The translations under genes were made by a program, and so were the position numbers. A stretch of 64,000 nucleotides of DNA from Marsupella aquatica (taxonomy: Eukaryota > Plantae > Marchantiophyta): NCBI GenBank assembly GCA_973895155.1, contig OZ316891.1:26963972-27027971 (forward strand). Reading direction: 5' to 3'. The first letter of the stretch is position 1; each line of letters starts with the position of its first letter. The notes beneath the pieces were generated by a model. That model saw only the letters and a program-made list of their open reading frames with translations, was not told the origin of the DNA and did not search any database. This document shows positions 12,491 to 26,456 of this stretch, piece after piece.

Positions 12491-15400
12491 CTGTGCATTT
12501 CACAAAGGATGTTGTTGGGTAACAGATGTTGCATACAAGATGTTGTTAAGTAAAAGATGTGTTGTCTGAAACATGTCTTTGCTCAAGAGGTCGTTTAGTG
12601 AAAGATATCATTACACAAAAGATGTCGTTAAGGGTTGTTGCACAAAAAATGTCATTTACAAAAAAGACGATGTTGTGCAAAAGATATCGATATGTGAAAG
12701 ATGACATTGCGCAAAGGATGTCCGTGTAAAAAATGTTGTTACACAAATGAAGATCTTATATAAAAGTTGTTGCCATTTGTGATGGTCCCTTATATATGTA
12801 TCACTAAACCCTACCACCTTGGCCAAGAGTAGTTTGGCCCCCAACTCCTTGCTATTTCATTCAAACACATATTTGATTTTACCAAGTATGTTCGTTTTTA
12901 TAGAATGTACTCATTATTTCACGGGAATACCAAAGGGAGGGGCTTAGTACACTCTCATTGCATTATTTGTCCTATCAGTAATCACACTCATTTATTTAAA
13001 AATAGTAATGAGATTTATCATGATATAGAATATTATTATACTCATTATAGGTCATATTTTGATGCAAAAATTATTTGACAATATATTAGGTGGGATACGG
13101 AGAGTACATTGGGGAAGGGCCAATATAAATAAGATGATTGTCAGGAATTAGACCGAGAGTGTACTTGCAAGTATAATGAATACATCAAGTGGAAGTACTG
13201 TAGCTAGCTGCAAGTACATAGCTGACGAGGACCAGGAACGATTCTTCCCCTTCCATTTTTTGTCATGACTTGTTTTTTAATTACCCTTTTAAAGCTTTTC
13301 TTTCCTTATTTTCAAAAAATTCTATATTTTGAAAGACCAACACTCTAAAAAGTGGCGGTATCTTATATTATAATTTTTAATTGAAATAAAAATATAAGTA
13401 GGACAAGTAACCTACAATACCTAGTCCCCAAGAATATATGCTATTAGCCCCAACTACCCGTTCTTTGAACATGAATAGTGGGGAGGCCAATAAAAATATC
13501 ACCAAAATATAATTTTTATTCACATGTTTTGAAAGTTAATGAAATGATAAAAAAAATATCATGCATCTCATCATTTTAATAATCATACATAACATACCAT
13601 AGTACTCTTTTCTATGCACATCCCACTTTCAGTTTTTCTATTTCACATCCCACTTATGCACATATAATATGGTGGTGCCATAGAGATCAATTTTTAATAT
13701 AAATAAAAATCATAATAAAATACGTCATGATTATCATTTGACATGACATACATCATAGATATCAATTTTCTCATCCACATGATGAGCCATGGAGTTACTG
13801 TCTAGAGGCTTCACTCTAGAAACCTAGACCCCAACTCTAGCTTGTAGTTGGAGATTTATAAGTAAGATGAGTCTAGAGTATAATTTTTGACGTATAGCCA
13901 TATAAATTTATACATGTAGACCCTTGCCTACAGCCTAAGGCACAGGTTACGATCTCACATGAGCCTATAACCACAAGCCCACTTCTAAAAATCATCGAGC
14001 ATGGGCCCGGGCACACTACAAAAACTCCTCCGAGCATCGGTCGTCAAAGCATATATGGCTCCGTTGCTAAGAAGCTGGGCAAGGGTTCACTGGTGCAATT
14101 TGTCAAGCATGGGTCAGCTGCTAAAATTCGCCAAGCAAGGGTCAGCCAGCAACATTGCTCACATTAGCCTGGAAGCATGGGTTTGTTTGGGTTTGTTTTG
14201 GAACAAAGCATTTTTGACACTTATCTTCTTCCTTTTTTTAGGATTGCAGTTGCTTTTCTTTTTCCTTGTTTGGTGTTTGTCCTCCTTGGACCACTTTTTC
14301 TTTCCTTTCATTGAACTTTGTTCTTTCCTGATTTATAAATTTCTGTCGAAGTTTCTCATTTTTGTTGCCCTATTTTGAACCACAATTTGTTTGCGCAACT
14401 CAGACAGATACTTTAATTAATTGGAATGTTAAGTTACTTACCTGGTGAATTGAGTTTGTTTGATGATATATATCCATCTGGACGGTGTTTTATGTCTCAT
14501 CAGCCAATACTTTTATTCGCACTCGTATTGCACATGATAGCAGCCTGTAATATGCTGTTGCCAGCCTTGTTTTATATCTAGCCTGTCCCATTTACGCTTC
14601 AATTTTTAATATGTTTTGGAAACATTCCAAACAATTTCTTGGAAAGGATACACCTGAAAAAGAATACCCTTGTTTACACACCTATTTGAAGAAAATTACT
14701 CTAGTACATCTTTGCCCAGATACTTTTGGATCCACAACTAAACTTCAATAGACCCTCAATGTCGGACAAGGTACTCAGATGGACCACCGAAACCTGCATG
14801 CATGGATCATCTTGAAATGTTCACAAGAGTGCCCTCTGGACACTATTCGCAAACTTTTTCTTAGTATGAATGCTGGTCTTTTGTGGCATCAACAAGTGTT
14901 TGATCTAGCATGATCTGTGGGTATGGGATTCAATTATAAAAAACGATAGGCACCACGTGCTATCCAAAGTAATGATTTTTTGTACTTTTAAGAAGTAAAT
15001 CAAGTGGTTACCAAAAACAAGAATAATAATTATTTGTACATTTTATCAACTAAAACAGGTCACTCGGTTAAAGTTCAAAACAATTACATGTATATGTTCT
15101 CTTGATAAACTAGGGGTACCTTACTGAGGTCATTATTACTCATGCTATCCTACAATACATCATGTAAACCCAGTAGCCTAAGGTCAAACACTCTGGTCTA
15201 TTCACTCAAACATAATTTTCTATTAGATGAGATTGTTGACCATGTCAATTTGGCAGCCAAATCTTTCATCCTGGCAGCCTTGCTGGGTTGGAAAAATTGC
15301 TGACTTGCTGTTTGACTCAATGGTCTTGCCAAGCTGGAAATATATACTCGGCTAACCCTGCTGAGTCATGTTTGCAACTCGGTTTTCGCCCCCTTCAATC

Positions 15401-16290
15401 ATCTTCAGGGCCTTGCTGAGCAGAAAAGTTCTACATACAAACAATCAATCAGAGCAACTGATAAATGATTGGGTTGCAACACTCCTGGTCATGCAAGATT
15501 GGTGTTGCCTTTGCTTTTGCAGGATGATAAGGGCTTTGGCACCTTACCACCCAGTTTCGCCAGGACATCTGATCAACACTACAAGTTTGGTGCTGAATAT
15601 TGATGCACCTCTAGTTGGACGAGAGCACCCAAAGGGCTTTGTAGCCCTGAAACATGTTAAAGAGCACTTGCTGCTGTGGAGACAGAATATAACCAGGAAA
15701 TAGGACTTGCAATTTAGGATCCTATTTGTTCCCATCTAGTGATTGAATAACCCTCTAGGAGAAATTTGGGGTACATAGTCTTGGGTGAAATCTCAATTTT
15801 TGAAACTCACAGGAACATTTTTTGGGATTCTGCATTGAAGTGATGGGTTTTGATATTCAAATTTTGTTGTATGTTTCTCCCAACGTTGCAATCTGTTGCC
15901 TGTGAGATGTTTGCTTCAAGTCTGCTGTTCTTGGAGCTTTGACATGACATAAATGACTCTAAACTTAGTGACTAAAACACGCCAAAGCTAAGAAAGGGCT
16001 GTATTTAAAAGACCCTACCACAAACTTGAAAAGACTTCCACTAGACTTTTATGCCAAGTTCAAACAACGCCAAGTACACTTGCAAAAGTTATGATGTTAT
16101 AAACTTACTAGCTTGGACAACCATTCTTTGAACATGAATGGAGATGAGGATAAAAAAAGTGTGAACCCCTCGATCTGACAGCAGTTGACCCGTAGTTGAC
16201 CAAAGCTTTGTCAAGTAATTGAAGAAGAGCTAGCCATGTCACTATAGCTCTCAACCCTTGATGACAGCAGCTGATCTCTTCACAGGCGGC

Positions 16291-16642
16291 TGTTAGGCAT
16301 GTATTCTTAGGTCTAGGGTTATGATTATAAACCATAGTTAAGGCTAACCTTAGTTGCAGACTTGGTTAGGTTAGTCATGAATGTTACACTATATCCAAAG
16401 CGATGTTTGCTTGGATAGGAGGAACTCAGGCTCATTGTTACAGAGCCAATTGAGAGATAAGGAGATCTTGTATTGCGGAGACTCATTATGGCCGACAGGC
16501 CTAGGGTGCAATAAGGTTCTCGTGTGTTCCCGTGGATGTAGGCGGGAGCTAAGGTGAACCACGTACATCTCTTTGTGTCAACTACTTAAATGTGCGTTAG
16601 ATGATCATGGGTTGTCGTTGTGAATGTCATCTTTGCTCAACA
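16291..16642 (+). mobile_element. Copia-type solo LTR related to the full-length element at 36417-42906
   Basis: Starts TGTTAGGCAT, ends TGCTCAACA. Both ends and the internal GTGTGTTCCCGTGGATGTAG...GTGAACCACGTA match the reverse complement of the Copia LTR. Decayed TSD GCGGC/ACAGC. Confidence 0.85.
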
Positions 16643-18044
16643 ACAGCCTCCCTAATTTATCGACTCTCTTCACATGTGGCTGCTATTCCATCAAATCTCT
16701 TCACAAGCGGCCCTATTTTCAAATGCGGTGCACTACTCCAGCCCGTCCCCATTTTTCACACCCACCCTTAATTTGATTATCACCCCCCAAGTACTTGAAC
16801 GTAAATAGAGACCAAAACAAAAAAGAATCATGCACTGAAAAACTTTGGTCCTTATTTAGAATTACTGTCTAGAGTAGATATAGTTTTGTATTGCGCCTTA
16901 TTAGTTAAGATTTCAAAGTTGTAAGCCAAGGATGTACACTAGCTCAAGTCATTCTAGTATCCAACAAGTCCTAAAGGTATGTTGCCCAGCTCATCTGGGA
17001 CACATGTCAGCCACTAAATTTTATGGAAAAGTTATGTTGATTAGGATAAGAGTGTACACTTGTCACCCCTCCCCCCAGTTTGGGAAAGTTATATTGACTA
17101 GGCTATCATTGGACACATGTCACTCTCTGGATAGTTTGGAAAACGTATGTTCGCCAGCTGACATTAGACACATTTCCACCTCCAGATAGTTTGGAAAGTG
17201 TTCTGTGCATGATAGTCATTTGACATAACTTTCAGCCTACGTGTTCTTTTTAGACAATATTGGACCCACTAAAATGATGGGAATTGTTGAGTTTTTCAAT
17301 CATATTCTGCCTGTGAAGCGAGCAACCGAACACGTTATGGCCGCATTTTTAGAGGCAAAATTAGCTACTGTAGATTCCAACTCACTAAAATATATTGCCC
17401 AATTGTGCAAGAGTGGGCTAGAATAGTTGGCTAGATTTTCTATGTCGGTTGGTCAGTTTTCCACCTAGCCACAGTCCCCATTGACCAAAACCCACGTAGG
17501 GCAGCAATTTTTTAGAGGCAAAATTAGCTAGATTCCATCTCACTTAAAACATAGTGTCCACTTTTGGCAAAACCGGGCTAGATTTTCTATGTCTCTTCGC
17601 GAGTTTCCCATTAGCCAAAAACCCACCTAGGGACAGACTCAGTTTCCCACTTAGGAGAATCCCCATTAGCCAGAACCCACTTAGGGAAAGTCTAGCCTAG
17701 ACAGATCAAATGGTCAAATATGGGGAGATTTAACCGTCACTGTTTTACTAGAGTAGCTCATTAGATATGGAATCTTCTTAACACCTTCTTCTTTACACAA
17801 GTGGCGGTCAAGAAAAACCTTAACGCATTACTCTCAGTGAGAGGAATTCGTCCCACCGAAGGTTGAAAATAGCTTCTACAGTAGTTTCCCTTCCCTAGCA
17901 GGAGAGAGAACTCAGCCCTACAGGCTCACGTGACGCACATAACTCAGAGTTTTCAGTGATTTTGTCGTAATAGCTAAGTGCTGCACGCAAACCAACGAGG
18001 TGGCAGTTATTGTCCAGATTGACTCTGAAAGTCTGAAACAAGTT

Positions 18045-18118
18045 TGCTATGTGTGCTAAAATAGCAATTTCGGTCTAGTAGCCCTGCTATGTGTGCTAAA
18101 ATAGCAACTTCGGTCTAG
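18045..18118. repeat. 40-bp-period tandem duplication
   Basis: TGCTATGTGTGCTAAAATAGCAA(T/C)TTCGGTCTAG twice. Confidence 0.9.
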
Positions 18119-18739
18119 AAGCAGTTTTGGTCAAATCATGAAACGGAGCTGTTAGTTACTGCGTTCGGTCAACACACCATGACACTGAAGCTTTTCAGAA
18201 TGAGATGCTCTTATTACAGCAATACCCATGAATGCCATGATCACCAGTTACAGAACTACAGTGTAATGTTATGGGAATATACTCTGAAATAATGTTCGCT
18301 TGGTGTCCGGTGGCGGGTGGCACTTCTGACGAGTCATCAGAGCATCTTGTCAAACTTTTTTGTGTGGTGTCCACTGTCGACACTGCATATTTTCAATGAT
18401 TACTTGAGTTGCGATTAGTAGACTGTTTAGTCAACGGGAGTTTACATCTACTTTTAATGATTGGATTAGATGGTTATTATCCGATGTAAATATGTAATGC
18501 TAGTGAACACTGAAAAGCTCGTGACAAACTCGAGGGCCAACTTCATTGCCATTATTGTCATTTCTAACGTTGGGCACGCTTACCATCGTGCACCACGCAG
18601 ATATAGTATGCTAGTGATATTATGTTCTTGGGATGGGCCGGCTGTAATGCTACTGTAGTGGTATAATATATGTGAAAGATATCATCCTCGTCATAACTAA
18701 TTCCCTTTGTGGCGTATCTGTAAAGGTTGAGAAACCAAC

Positions 18740-18993
18740 TGGCTGTGCTTAGTTGGCCAGAGGATGAGCCTAGAACTAGAGATCCAAGGTTCAATCCCCA
18801 CATGCAAGGGTGAGTGTGTGTGGTGTAGTGTTGTGAGTACTAGAGTAGTAGTTTTTCCTTAGCCCTGGCTGGTTAGCTTTGGGTTCTGGTTCAATCTTCC
18901 TGGACCTGGGTATTTGTGGGCTACCCTACGGAGGTGCATGCTCCTGATGTCTATCCTCTGTTGGATGGATTTCAAATTTCAAGACAAAAAGAA
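18740..18993 (+). mobile_element. Possible tRNA-derived SINE upstream of the MATE gene
   Basis: A-box-like GTGCTTAGTTGG and B-box-like GGTTCAATCC at tRNA-like spacing, a GT-rich body and an A-rich end. No convincing TSD. Confidence 0.35.
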
Positions 18994-19693
18994 ATCATTG
19001 TCATTATTATAATATCAATCTCCCTGTATCTTAATTGTTGCCAACAGCTATGCACTGTGATTAAGTTGCCTTTAGGAGGAATATATAATAGTCGGCCTCA
19101 GCCATGGCTCCATCGCCTACTTACACGCACATGGGAGAACAAAGGCATGATATTCGTGTTCTTCCGCGTGACGGAGCTGGCTGCATGTCCGTGACGTACA
19201 TGCGAGCTCAGAATTAAGTCTACTTTTGTCACATGCTCTGCAAATCAGCTCCGGTCTGTGGTGTTCTTTCAGTTTGCGTGGTAAAGTCTGCCCTTCGCAA
19301 CCGAAAACAAACAAAAAATAACAGATCTCTTGATGACCCAATGCTGTTGTAAAGCGCTGGACGAGCTGTAAGTAATAAGGTTGTATTTGCGTCATGGTAT
19401 ACAACCTGTGCAGCTGCAATCGGAATTGATTATAGCTTTACTAGCCTAGATCAGATTTGTACCGTGAGCTGCGCAGCCACGGCAATTCTGATGCTTTAAA
19501 TTCTGCAACGAAGGACACAGGCGCTACGACAGTGCTGGGCTCCAGAAGGCCACAACCCACTGGAGATGCAGGGATAACGCCCCCTTCCAATCATTTGTAG
19601 AAGGGGATTCACAATTGTAAGTGAGAGCTGGGAAGGCAGAGCGAAGGTGTTTTACACTGCAATTTGAGTGCTGCATGCCCGAGATCAGTGACA

Positions 19694-22600
19694 ATGAGTT
19701 ATCAAGCTCGAGAAGTTGGAGAATGGCGGAAGGCTTCGATGTGGGTGGAAATCGGGATGCAAGTCTCAATAGCTTGGCCCATGATTCTGACCAGTCTGGT
19801 TGCATACGGGATCATAGTTTCTTCGATCATGTTTGTGGGTCACTTGGGAGAGCTGGAGCTGTCCAGCGCATCATTTGCCAACTCTTTGGCGAGCATCACG
19901 GGACTCACTGTGATGGTAAGTTAACGATCTATGTACATCTTCTTCCTTAGTTAGCGAGGATTCATTTCATACCGATTCTCTCAAATTGCCATGCCAAATC
20001 TCTCCAACATAGAAACAAGTTCCGGCCTCTTTGAAGAATGGGCCTCATCTATGCAGTGGCCTGGCGGGCCTTGCTTGTGAGATCGTTCAGGCCTTCGTGA
20101 GGAACTCGTGAGCCTCCAGAATGGCAAGCTTAATTCTGAATTTGGTTAAAATTTCTCTCCAAGATCCTTGAGCCTTGTGATTGAGGTAGATCGAGCATCT
20201 GATTGACTTCATCATAACAGCTAGTCCAGCTGTTGACATGTTACCTTTGATCTCGTATGTGCAGCAAGGGTTAGGGAGCGCGCTGGAAACATTATGTGGA
20301 CAGGCTTTTGGGGCTAAGAGCTACCATCTGCTGGGCAAGTACTTGCAAGCTGCCGCTGTTGTGGAAGTGGTGATCGGCATTCCAATCAGCGTTGTGTGGT
20401 GGTATATGGACACCATACTCATCTCGTTGGGGCAAGATCCAGCCATTGCCACAATGTCTGGAGTGTACCTTCGAACAATGATTCCAGCTCTGTTCGCAGC
20501 TGCTATCACTCAGCCCCTCATCAAATATCTTCAGACCCAGAGCGTAGTTTTGCCGATGATGGTCTGCTCTGTCGTTACGTTTGTGATTCACGTTCCCATT
20601 GCCTACTTCCTAGTTTTCAAGACGACATTCGGAGGTTTTCGCGGAGGTGCAATTGCAGTTGACATATCGTATTGGGGTCTGCTGCTCCAACTCATCGGCT
20701 ACACCGTATGGAGGAACCGAGCTAGTGCGGGACACAAGACATGGAATGGCTTCAGTGCAGATGCCTTTAGTTTTGTCTTCCCTTTCCTGAGGCTGGCCGT
20801 GCCATCCACTCTAATGCTATGGTAAGTCGTCCCGTTTGTCAATGTTTGTAGACATTGCTTACACTCATGTTGAATTCTGAACATTTTTGCTTGCATCCGA
20901 AGCAATCGACGACTGTAGTTCAAGTTCCAGACAGATACCAAATGGCTTACAGATCAGGACATTAGTGGCGCCACCCCACAATCATGAATTGCGGTGGTCA
21001 CTTCACGGTTAAATGATTGCATTACCAAGATTTTGTGTGATCTGGTTAGGATTGGTAGTCTGTAAAAATCTGGATCCCTGTGCAGCATGCAGTTCTGGGG
21101 GTTCGAGATTCTCACCTTCCTTTCCGGGCTACTTCCCAACCCACAGCTGCAGCTCTCATTTCTTTCCATCATGTATGATTTCAACTCATCTCTTCCAGTG
21201 AATCTCTCGCATCTTATTGGTAATTGTTCATATTTCATTGCTCGCCAAATTTATTCCTCCTTGAAGACTGATTTATTGGGTACAAGTTTGGACGACTTAG
21301 AATTCTCGAGTTGATCATGATACAATTGTTTGCAGTGTGCAAGAGTTCATGGAATACTTGCTTCATGTAAATTCCTACTGAAGTCTTTTACATACTCTAC
21401 TTGTCTTGCAGGCTCAATACGGGCGGCCTGATATTTACCATACCATTTGGATTAAGTGCAGCTGCAAGGTTTACTCTCTTATTCACCTTTTGTGTTCTTG
21501 GTCTCAATAGATGTGCAGTTACCGTTTACTCTCTTGTCTACCTTTCGTGTTCACGGTCTCAAGAGATGTACAGTCACTTGTACAATTCGGGTTTTATTAC
21601 TTACGGTAGGGCTCTGCTCCCCCGTAAATTGTTAATTCGGTGAGTCAATTCGTATGGCTACATCTGTGTTGACCATAAGAACATATTTCCCCGTACTCAC
21701 GCCAAGACCAATGTGGCATTCTGGAAGGCCAACCATGTACACCTTCGTGAGCTCATTCGGCCAACTTATGCCCAGTCTTTCGTGAGGTAGCAGTACACTC
21801 ATCTGTCGCCAGGCCTGATCTGACGCTTCTCTTCATCTTCGCCCTTATGTTTTCCGGGGGCTAACAATCTTCCTTGTTGCGCAGTACAAGAGTGGCCAAC
21901 GAGCTTGGAGCTCATAATCCAGATGCTGCAAAGTCAGCGGTACGCGTAGCTGTGGGGATTTCAGCGGTTCAAGTGGCAATCGTCGGATCAAGCGTTTTGA
22001 TCTTCGGCAATTTGTGGACAAGGTCTTTCAGTAACGCTGAAGAAGTGATAGAATACACCTCCTCAGGAATACGGCTTCTTGCCTTGACCGCTTTTTTTGA
22101 TGGCGTTCAAGGAGTTCTATCAGGTCAGGTCAGTGAATGCATGCACTCGCGTAGTAGCGTGACATGTACCCCACTCGGTCTATGTCCTCAGTAAGCACGT
22201 TTTGACGATGCAAACGAGTTTTCTTTACTCTTCGTGTGGTAGGAATCTTAGGTTAGCTCCCAGTTCATCAACTGGAAAACAATAGATGCATCAAGGAACT
22301 CAGGTCCGAGAATATCGGTCTAGTCAAGGGAACGTGTCTGTAAAAGGAGCTTGCCTAGGAATATAACCAAATTAATTAAGATAATCCACTCCCGTAAAGC
22401 TGAACAGTACTTTGATAGGAAAAATAAGACTTTTCGTGACTGTAAGAAGCTTCCCTAGGAATTGGTAATTGATCTAGAAAGAAACATAGCCAACAAACCT
22501 AGCAGCTTAAACTATGAAAGCTCTGTGCAGGTGTGGGAAGGGGGTGTGGACGGCAAGACCTTTGTGCAACTGTGAACGTCGCATCCGTCTATGGAGTTGG

Positions 22601-23895
22601 ACTGCCTGCTGGTCTCCTGCTAGGATTTGTTTTCCACTATGGCGCTAAGGTAGCAGCTGAAATTATTCACAAATTTCCTTTGCTTACTCTGGCTGAGCTG
22701 CCTAGACTCACGAAGTTTCTTCTCTGTTGACAGCAAGCGACATTCAAGATATTCGTGCAATGCATCAGAAGTTGAAAACAAGATGTACTAGTAGTATAAA
22801 TGGTTGAGGCATATCTATGAAATTCAGTTTTAAAATGACTGGTAGAAGAGGAGTACTCCCTAACGTTTGCAATGTTTAACACATTCCAATTCCTGATTGC
22901 AGGGGCTATACATAGGAAGTCAGACTGGTCTGTTCGCTTACACTTGTAGCGTTGTAATTGTAATACTCACAACCAATTGGGTCAAAACGGTGAGCAAAAC
23001 TCCTCCCATTTCTGAAGCATTAATCGGGCAAGATAATTTGTCTTCTGAGAGTCCCTATGCAAGTTATCTGTCGATCTCATCTAGGAGTAGCCCAACGAGT
23101 TGCTTTAATATTATAGGCACTGTTCTCCACATGAAACTAGAATTTCAAACCCTGGATTTCACTTCCAATTAATTGTCCTGCAGTCAAAGGGAGTGAAACC
23201 GTAAAGCAGAATACGACTGTATGCCTAAGAAATCCTATATCTAGGAATGTAGTCAACCTAAAACTTTGATCTCAACAAATCTTGAATAGTTACAGGATTT
23301 CAAGTAGAAAAGGAATAGGAAATGAAGCCAGTTATGACTAAGTCGATCTGTGTTGGAAGGTGTCACAGCTCCGGTAACACATGTAATGTGCACAAAATGT
23401 GGCTATCGCTAACCAATCAAAACCCGCCGTCAACAAGAATCACCTGCTTGTCAATTGAACCCGCTAGTACAGCTTCATCAATGTAGAGCATTTCTGAGCT
23501 CGAGATGATTACTTTGCTGGGTGTTATTTAAACACCGTATTGCAACGTCCGACGAAGCCTGGTCTTGCTTGACCAAACAACCTTCCTCTAAAGTCGTCCA
23601 AGAAACTGAGTTCTGTGTCGCATTCCACAACTTTGCCAACAGGAACTTAATTAGCAAACCTCTGGTTGTGGCAAATTGGACAGTTGGTAGACTCAAGACT
23701 GTTGACTAATCTCTGAAAGTTCACCAAAGTTCTACTTTAGTATCCCGTTAGAATTCAATTTGAAATGAACCACCATTGGAATGTCACTCTCGAGTATGTG
23801 TACTGAATTTTGTTGTTTTGATGGATGCTTAACAGGCAGATCAGATTCAAGATCGGCTATCTGAATCCAGAGTACCACTGCTGCTGCCAGAGTGA
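19694..23895 (+). CDS. MATE/DTX family efflux transporter, 8 exons
   Basis: Exons 19694-19915, 20265-20821, 21086-21172, 21412-21468, 21885-22123, 22531-22649, 22903-22989, 23836-23895, all GT-AG and in phase. Motifs MFVGHLGELELSSAS, GLGSALETLCGQAFGAK, LRLAVPS, STRVANELGA, DGVQGVLSGVGRGCGRQ. The last exon is the least certain; an alternative acceptor lies at 23184. Confidence 0.95.
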
Positions 23896-26354
23896 ACATT
23901 TTTCAACTTCAGGTATTTATACCACCAGCTATACAGCATTATTCAAAAGCTGGGTTGTAGCATACAGCTCGTGGGTGCTTACAGAGCAGGTTGCTCTTAT
24001 TTTTTCGGATCATTAAAATGACCTATTTAGAGAAGTGTTAGTTAGGTATATTTTTAAAAGCCAATGGCCTTATCATATGGTCATTCAAGGACCTCCCTCT
24101 CAATTTTTCCAGGAAGGAGCTCATATTATTGTTGTCGCCTCACATGGTGTGAAGGAGGGTCTTGATTTGTGACCGACATGGAATGCCTATTCAATAGCCA
24201 GTAAGAGTAACCGCCCAAGTAGTTCCCGTAACTATCTTGGGCAGAAGCTCTTCTCCAATCAGTCGTTCATTCTCCTTGCTACAGGTTTCCTACTAACACG
24301 CAAACCAACAGTCAAAAATCAAGAGCGCTCGTACCTAGCAATGTACTGCACTGTCCTCGTCAAATCTGGTTCAAACAATATGTAAACGCGGTGCATATCC
24401 CTCTTCTTGAGCCCTCGGAAGATGTGCACCTTCAAGAGCTTTTCGTGGGATTAGGTCTCCAATGCTACAATTGAGATTCCCTTCCATCACACCGTCATTC
24501 CATGTCCACTCTGTTTCTCGTTACTCCTCCATTCACGCCCATACGGCCTATCAAAAAAACTTCTATCAACGCTTTACTCCCCTCCTTCCACAGACCTCGC
24601 CCAATGACAGGCCTTTGTCAAAATTCTTGCTCCCCCCCCCCCCCCCCTTCCTTATTCCACTCCGAGCCCACATGATCTACTCTCCCGTTTCCTGTAAATC
24701 ACCCAGGAGTAGGGAATTGTCGGTTAGCATGTCAAGTCGGTGATCTTAAGCACTCAGCTCGAGCACTCTCTTCTGCATGCTGCATTGTTCACAACTCCCT
24801 CGCATTGGCACTGCTCTCCGAAGGGCGGTTCACAACTCCCTCGCATTTGCATTGCTCTCCGAAGGGCATAGAAGAACAACAGATTTACTAAAAAAGCGTC
24901 AACAAATTCCAGAGAGGACCAGTGAAGATCTAAGGAAACTCTCCCATGAACAGCTCCCATAACTGAAAACCTACACGGAAAGGAAGCTCGAGTTTGCAGT
25001 AATCTCTAAGGGCCAATACTCAGCGTGGCTAAACTCCATCGTGACAATACGAGTAGCCTTTAAGGTCTGGGCCTTTCTGTGCACAGTAACAGCTCTAAAC
25101 GTGATACTCAAGGTGAAGTGAATATTGGACGCCTCCATTTAGTCCATTTAGTGTGACAGCATTGGGCATCTGATTTCACCCAGATAGTGGGGCAGCGCCC
25201 CAAACTGCTCTGTTCGAGAGAAATCAAGGTGATCCTAGCGTGACTTCACTCTACCTTGAGAGATATGACTATCCTTCAATTCCGGGCCCTTCTGGACCCG
25301 AAACAACTCTGAGAGATGACTCAGAATTCTCATTTCCTCGGTTGAGATTTACTCGGTTGAGATTTACAAAGGCTTGAGGGAGAAAAGACTCCTAAATGAT
25401 GTCAGTCATTGACTAATATATCAGCGATTTATATTATGATGTAGTCGACCCCTCACCCTTGTCTAGTGTGACAATCGAAATTGAGTGTAAGTGACCCTCC
25501 TATGTTGCTCACTTGTGAGCTGTACCAAGCTTTTCAGTTAGCCAGAGGGGTAGCCTTTTGGGATTCTGATCCTGGAGTTTTCCCTTGTTGCCCCCCCACT
25601 CCTTTTGTTATTGGTTCTCTTGCCTTCGCAATCTGTCTCCCGGTTGGTGCCTTTGTTTTTTGGAGGTGTGAAATACATAATGGGAGTACTTTTCCCTTCA
25701 TTTCTAGAATGGGTCTCAAGCTTTAAAACCTCCCCAAGAAAACAAAGAATATGTGTCATCCAGAATAGATCGGAGGTACCTTTCCCACTTGCTCCGCAAT
25801 GGATCTCAACCCTTAAAAGTCATGTAAAACCTCCTTGAGATAACAATTACTTGTGGACCATGTCCTTGTGTGTGCCTAAATGCTCGTAAGCAAGCTAATT
25901 GGGGTCTGAAGCTAGAGATATTGTATGCTCCAAGGAAACAAGAGATAAGGCTAGCAAGGCAAACCCCTGGTACAAGTAAAGGAAACATTATTGATAGCAG
26001 TCGTCCCATTAATTCCACATTATGCTCCACATACTCAAGAATCCAGAATATTAACATCAGTACACACTATTGAGCCACAAATTTGCAACATTTGTAATTC
26101 TCAGATACATTGATCATTGAAAACTTGTAGGATTATACAAACAGAGTGCAAAATAAGGATGAAAATCTTTCCTGGAAATCAGGATAGTACAAATCTTTAT
26201 CAGGTGAGAATGGTAGCCCCCAAGCAATTTGAAAGAAGAGTCAAACACATTTCATGTTGTGCACAAACTTATTCACAATCCCCAGGATCCACATTATCCA
26301 AAACAGAGCTCCTACTTGGATCACTACTAGTCTTCCAGTTGTTTAACTTGGCCA

Positions 26355-26456
26355 ACTCATCTACATATCGCCAAACACTATCAACCTCATCATCTATAAC
26401 CATGGACTCATCTACATATTGCCAAACACTATCAACCTCATCATCTATAACCATGG
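26355..26456. repeat. 51-bp tandem duplication
   Basis: ACTCATCTACATAT(C/T)GCCAAACACTATCAACCTCATCATCTATAACCATGG x2. Confidence 0.95.

Larger units (their letters stand above)
11361..12800 (-). mobile_element. Non-autonomous Helitron-like element (3' end at 11361), interrupted by two nested solo LTRs; 5' end not located
   Basis: Removing the insert at 11377-12490 restores A|CTAGTTCAGCTCCCGTGCATT, matching the terminus A|CTAGCTCAGTACCCGTGCATT at 27838. It is followed by the same AAGATGT-type degenerate tandem array (12500-12770). Confidence 0.6.
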
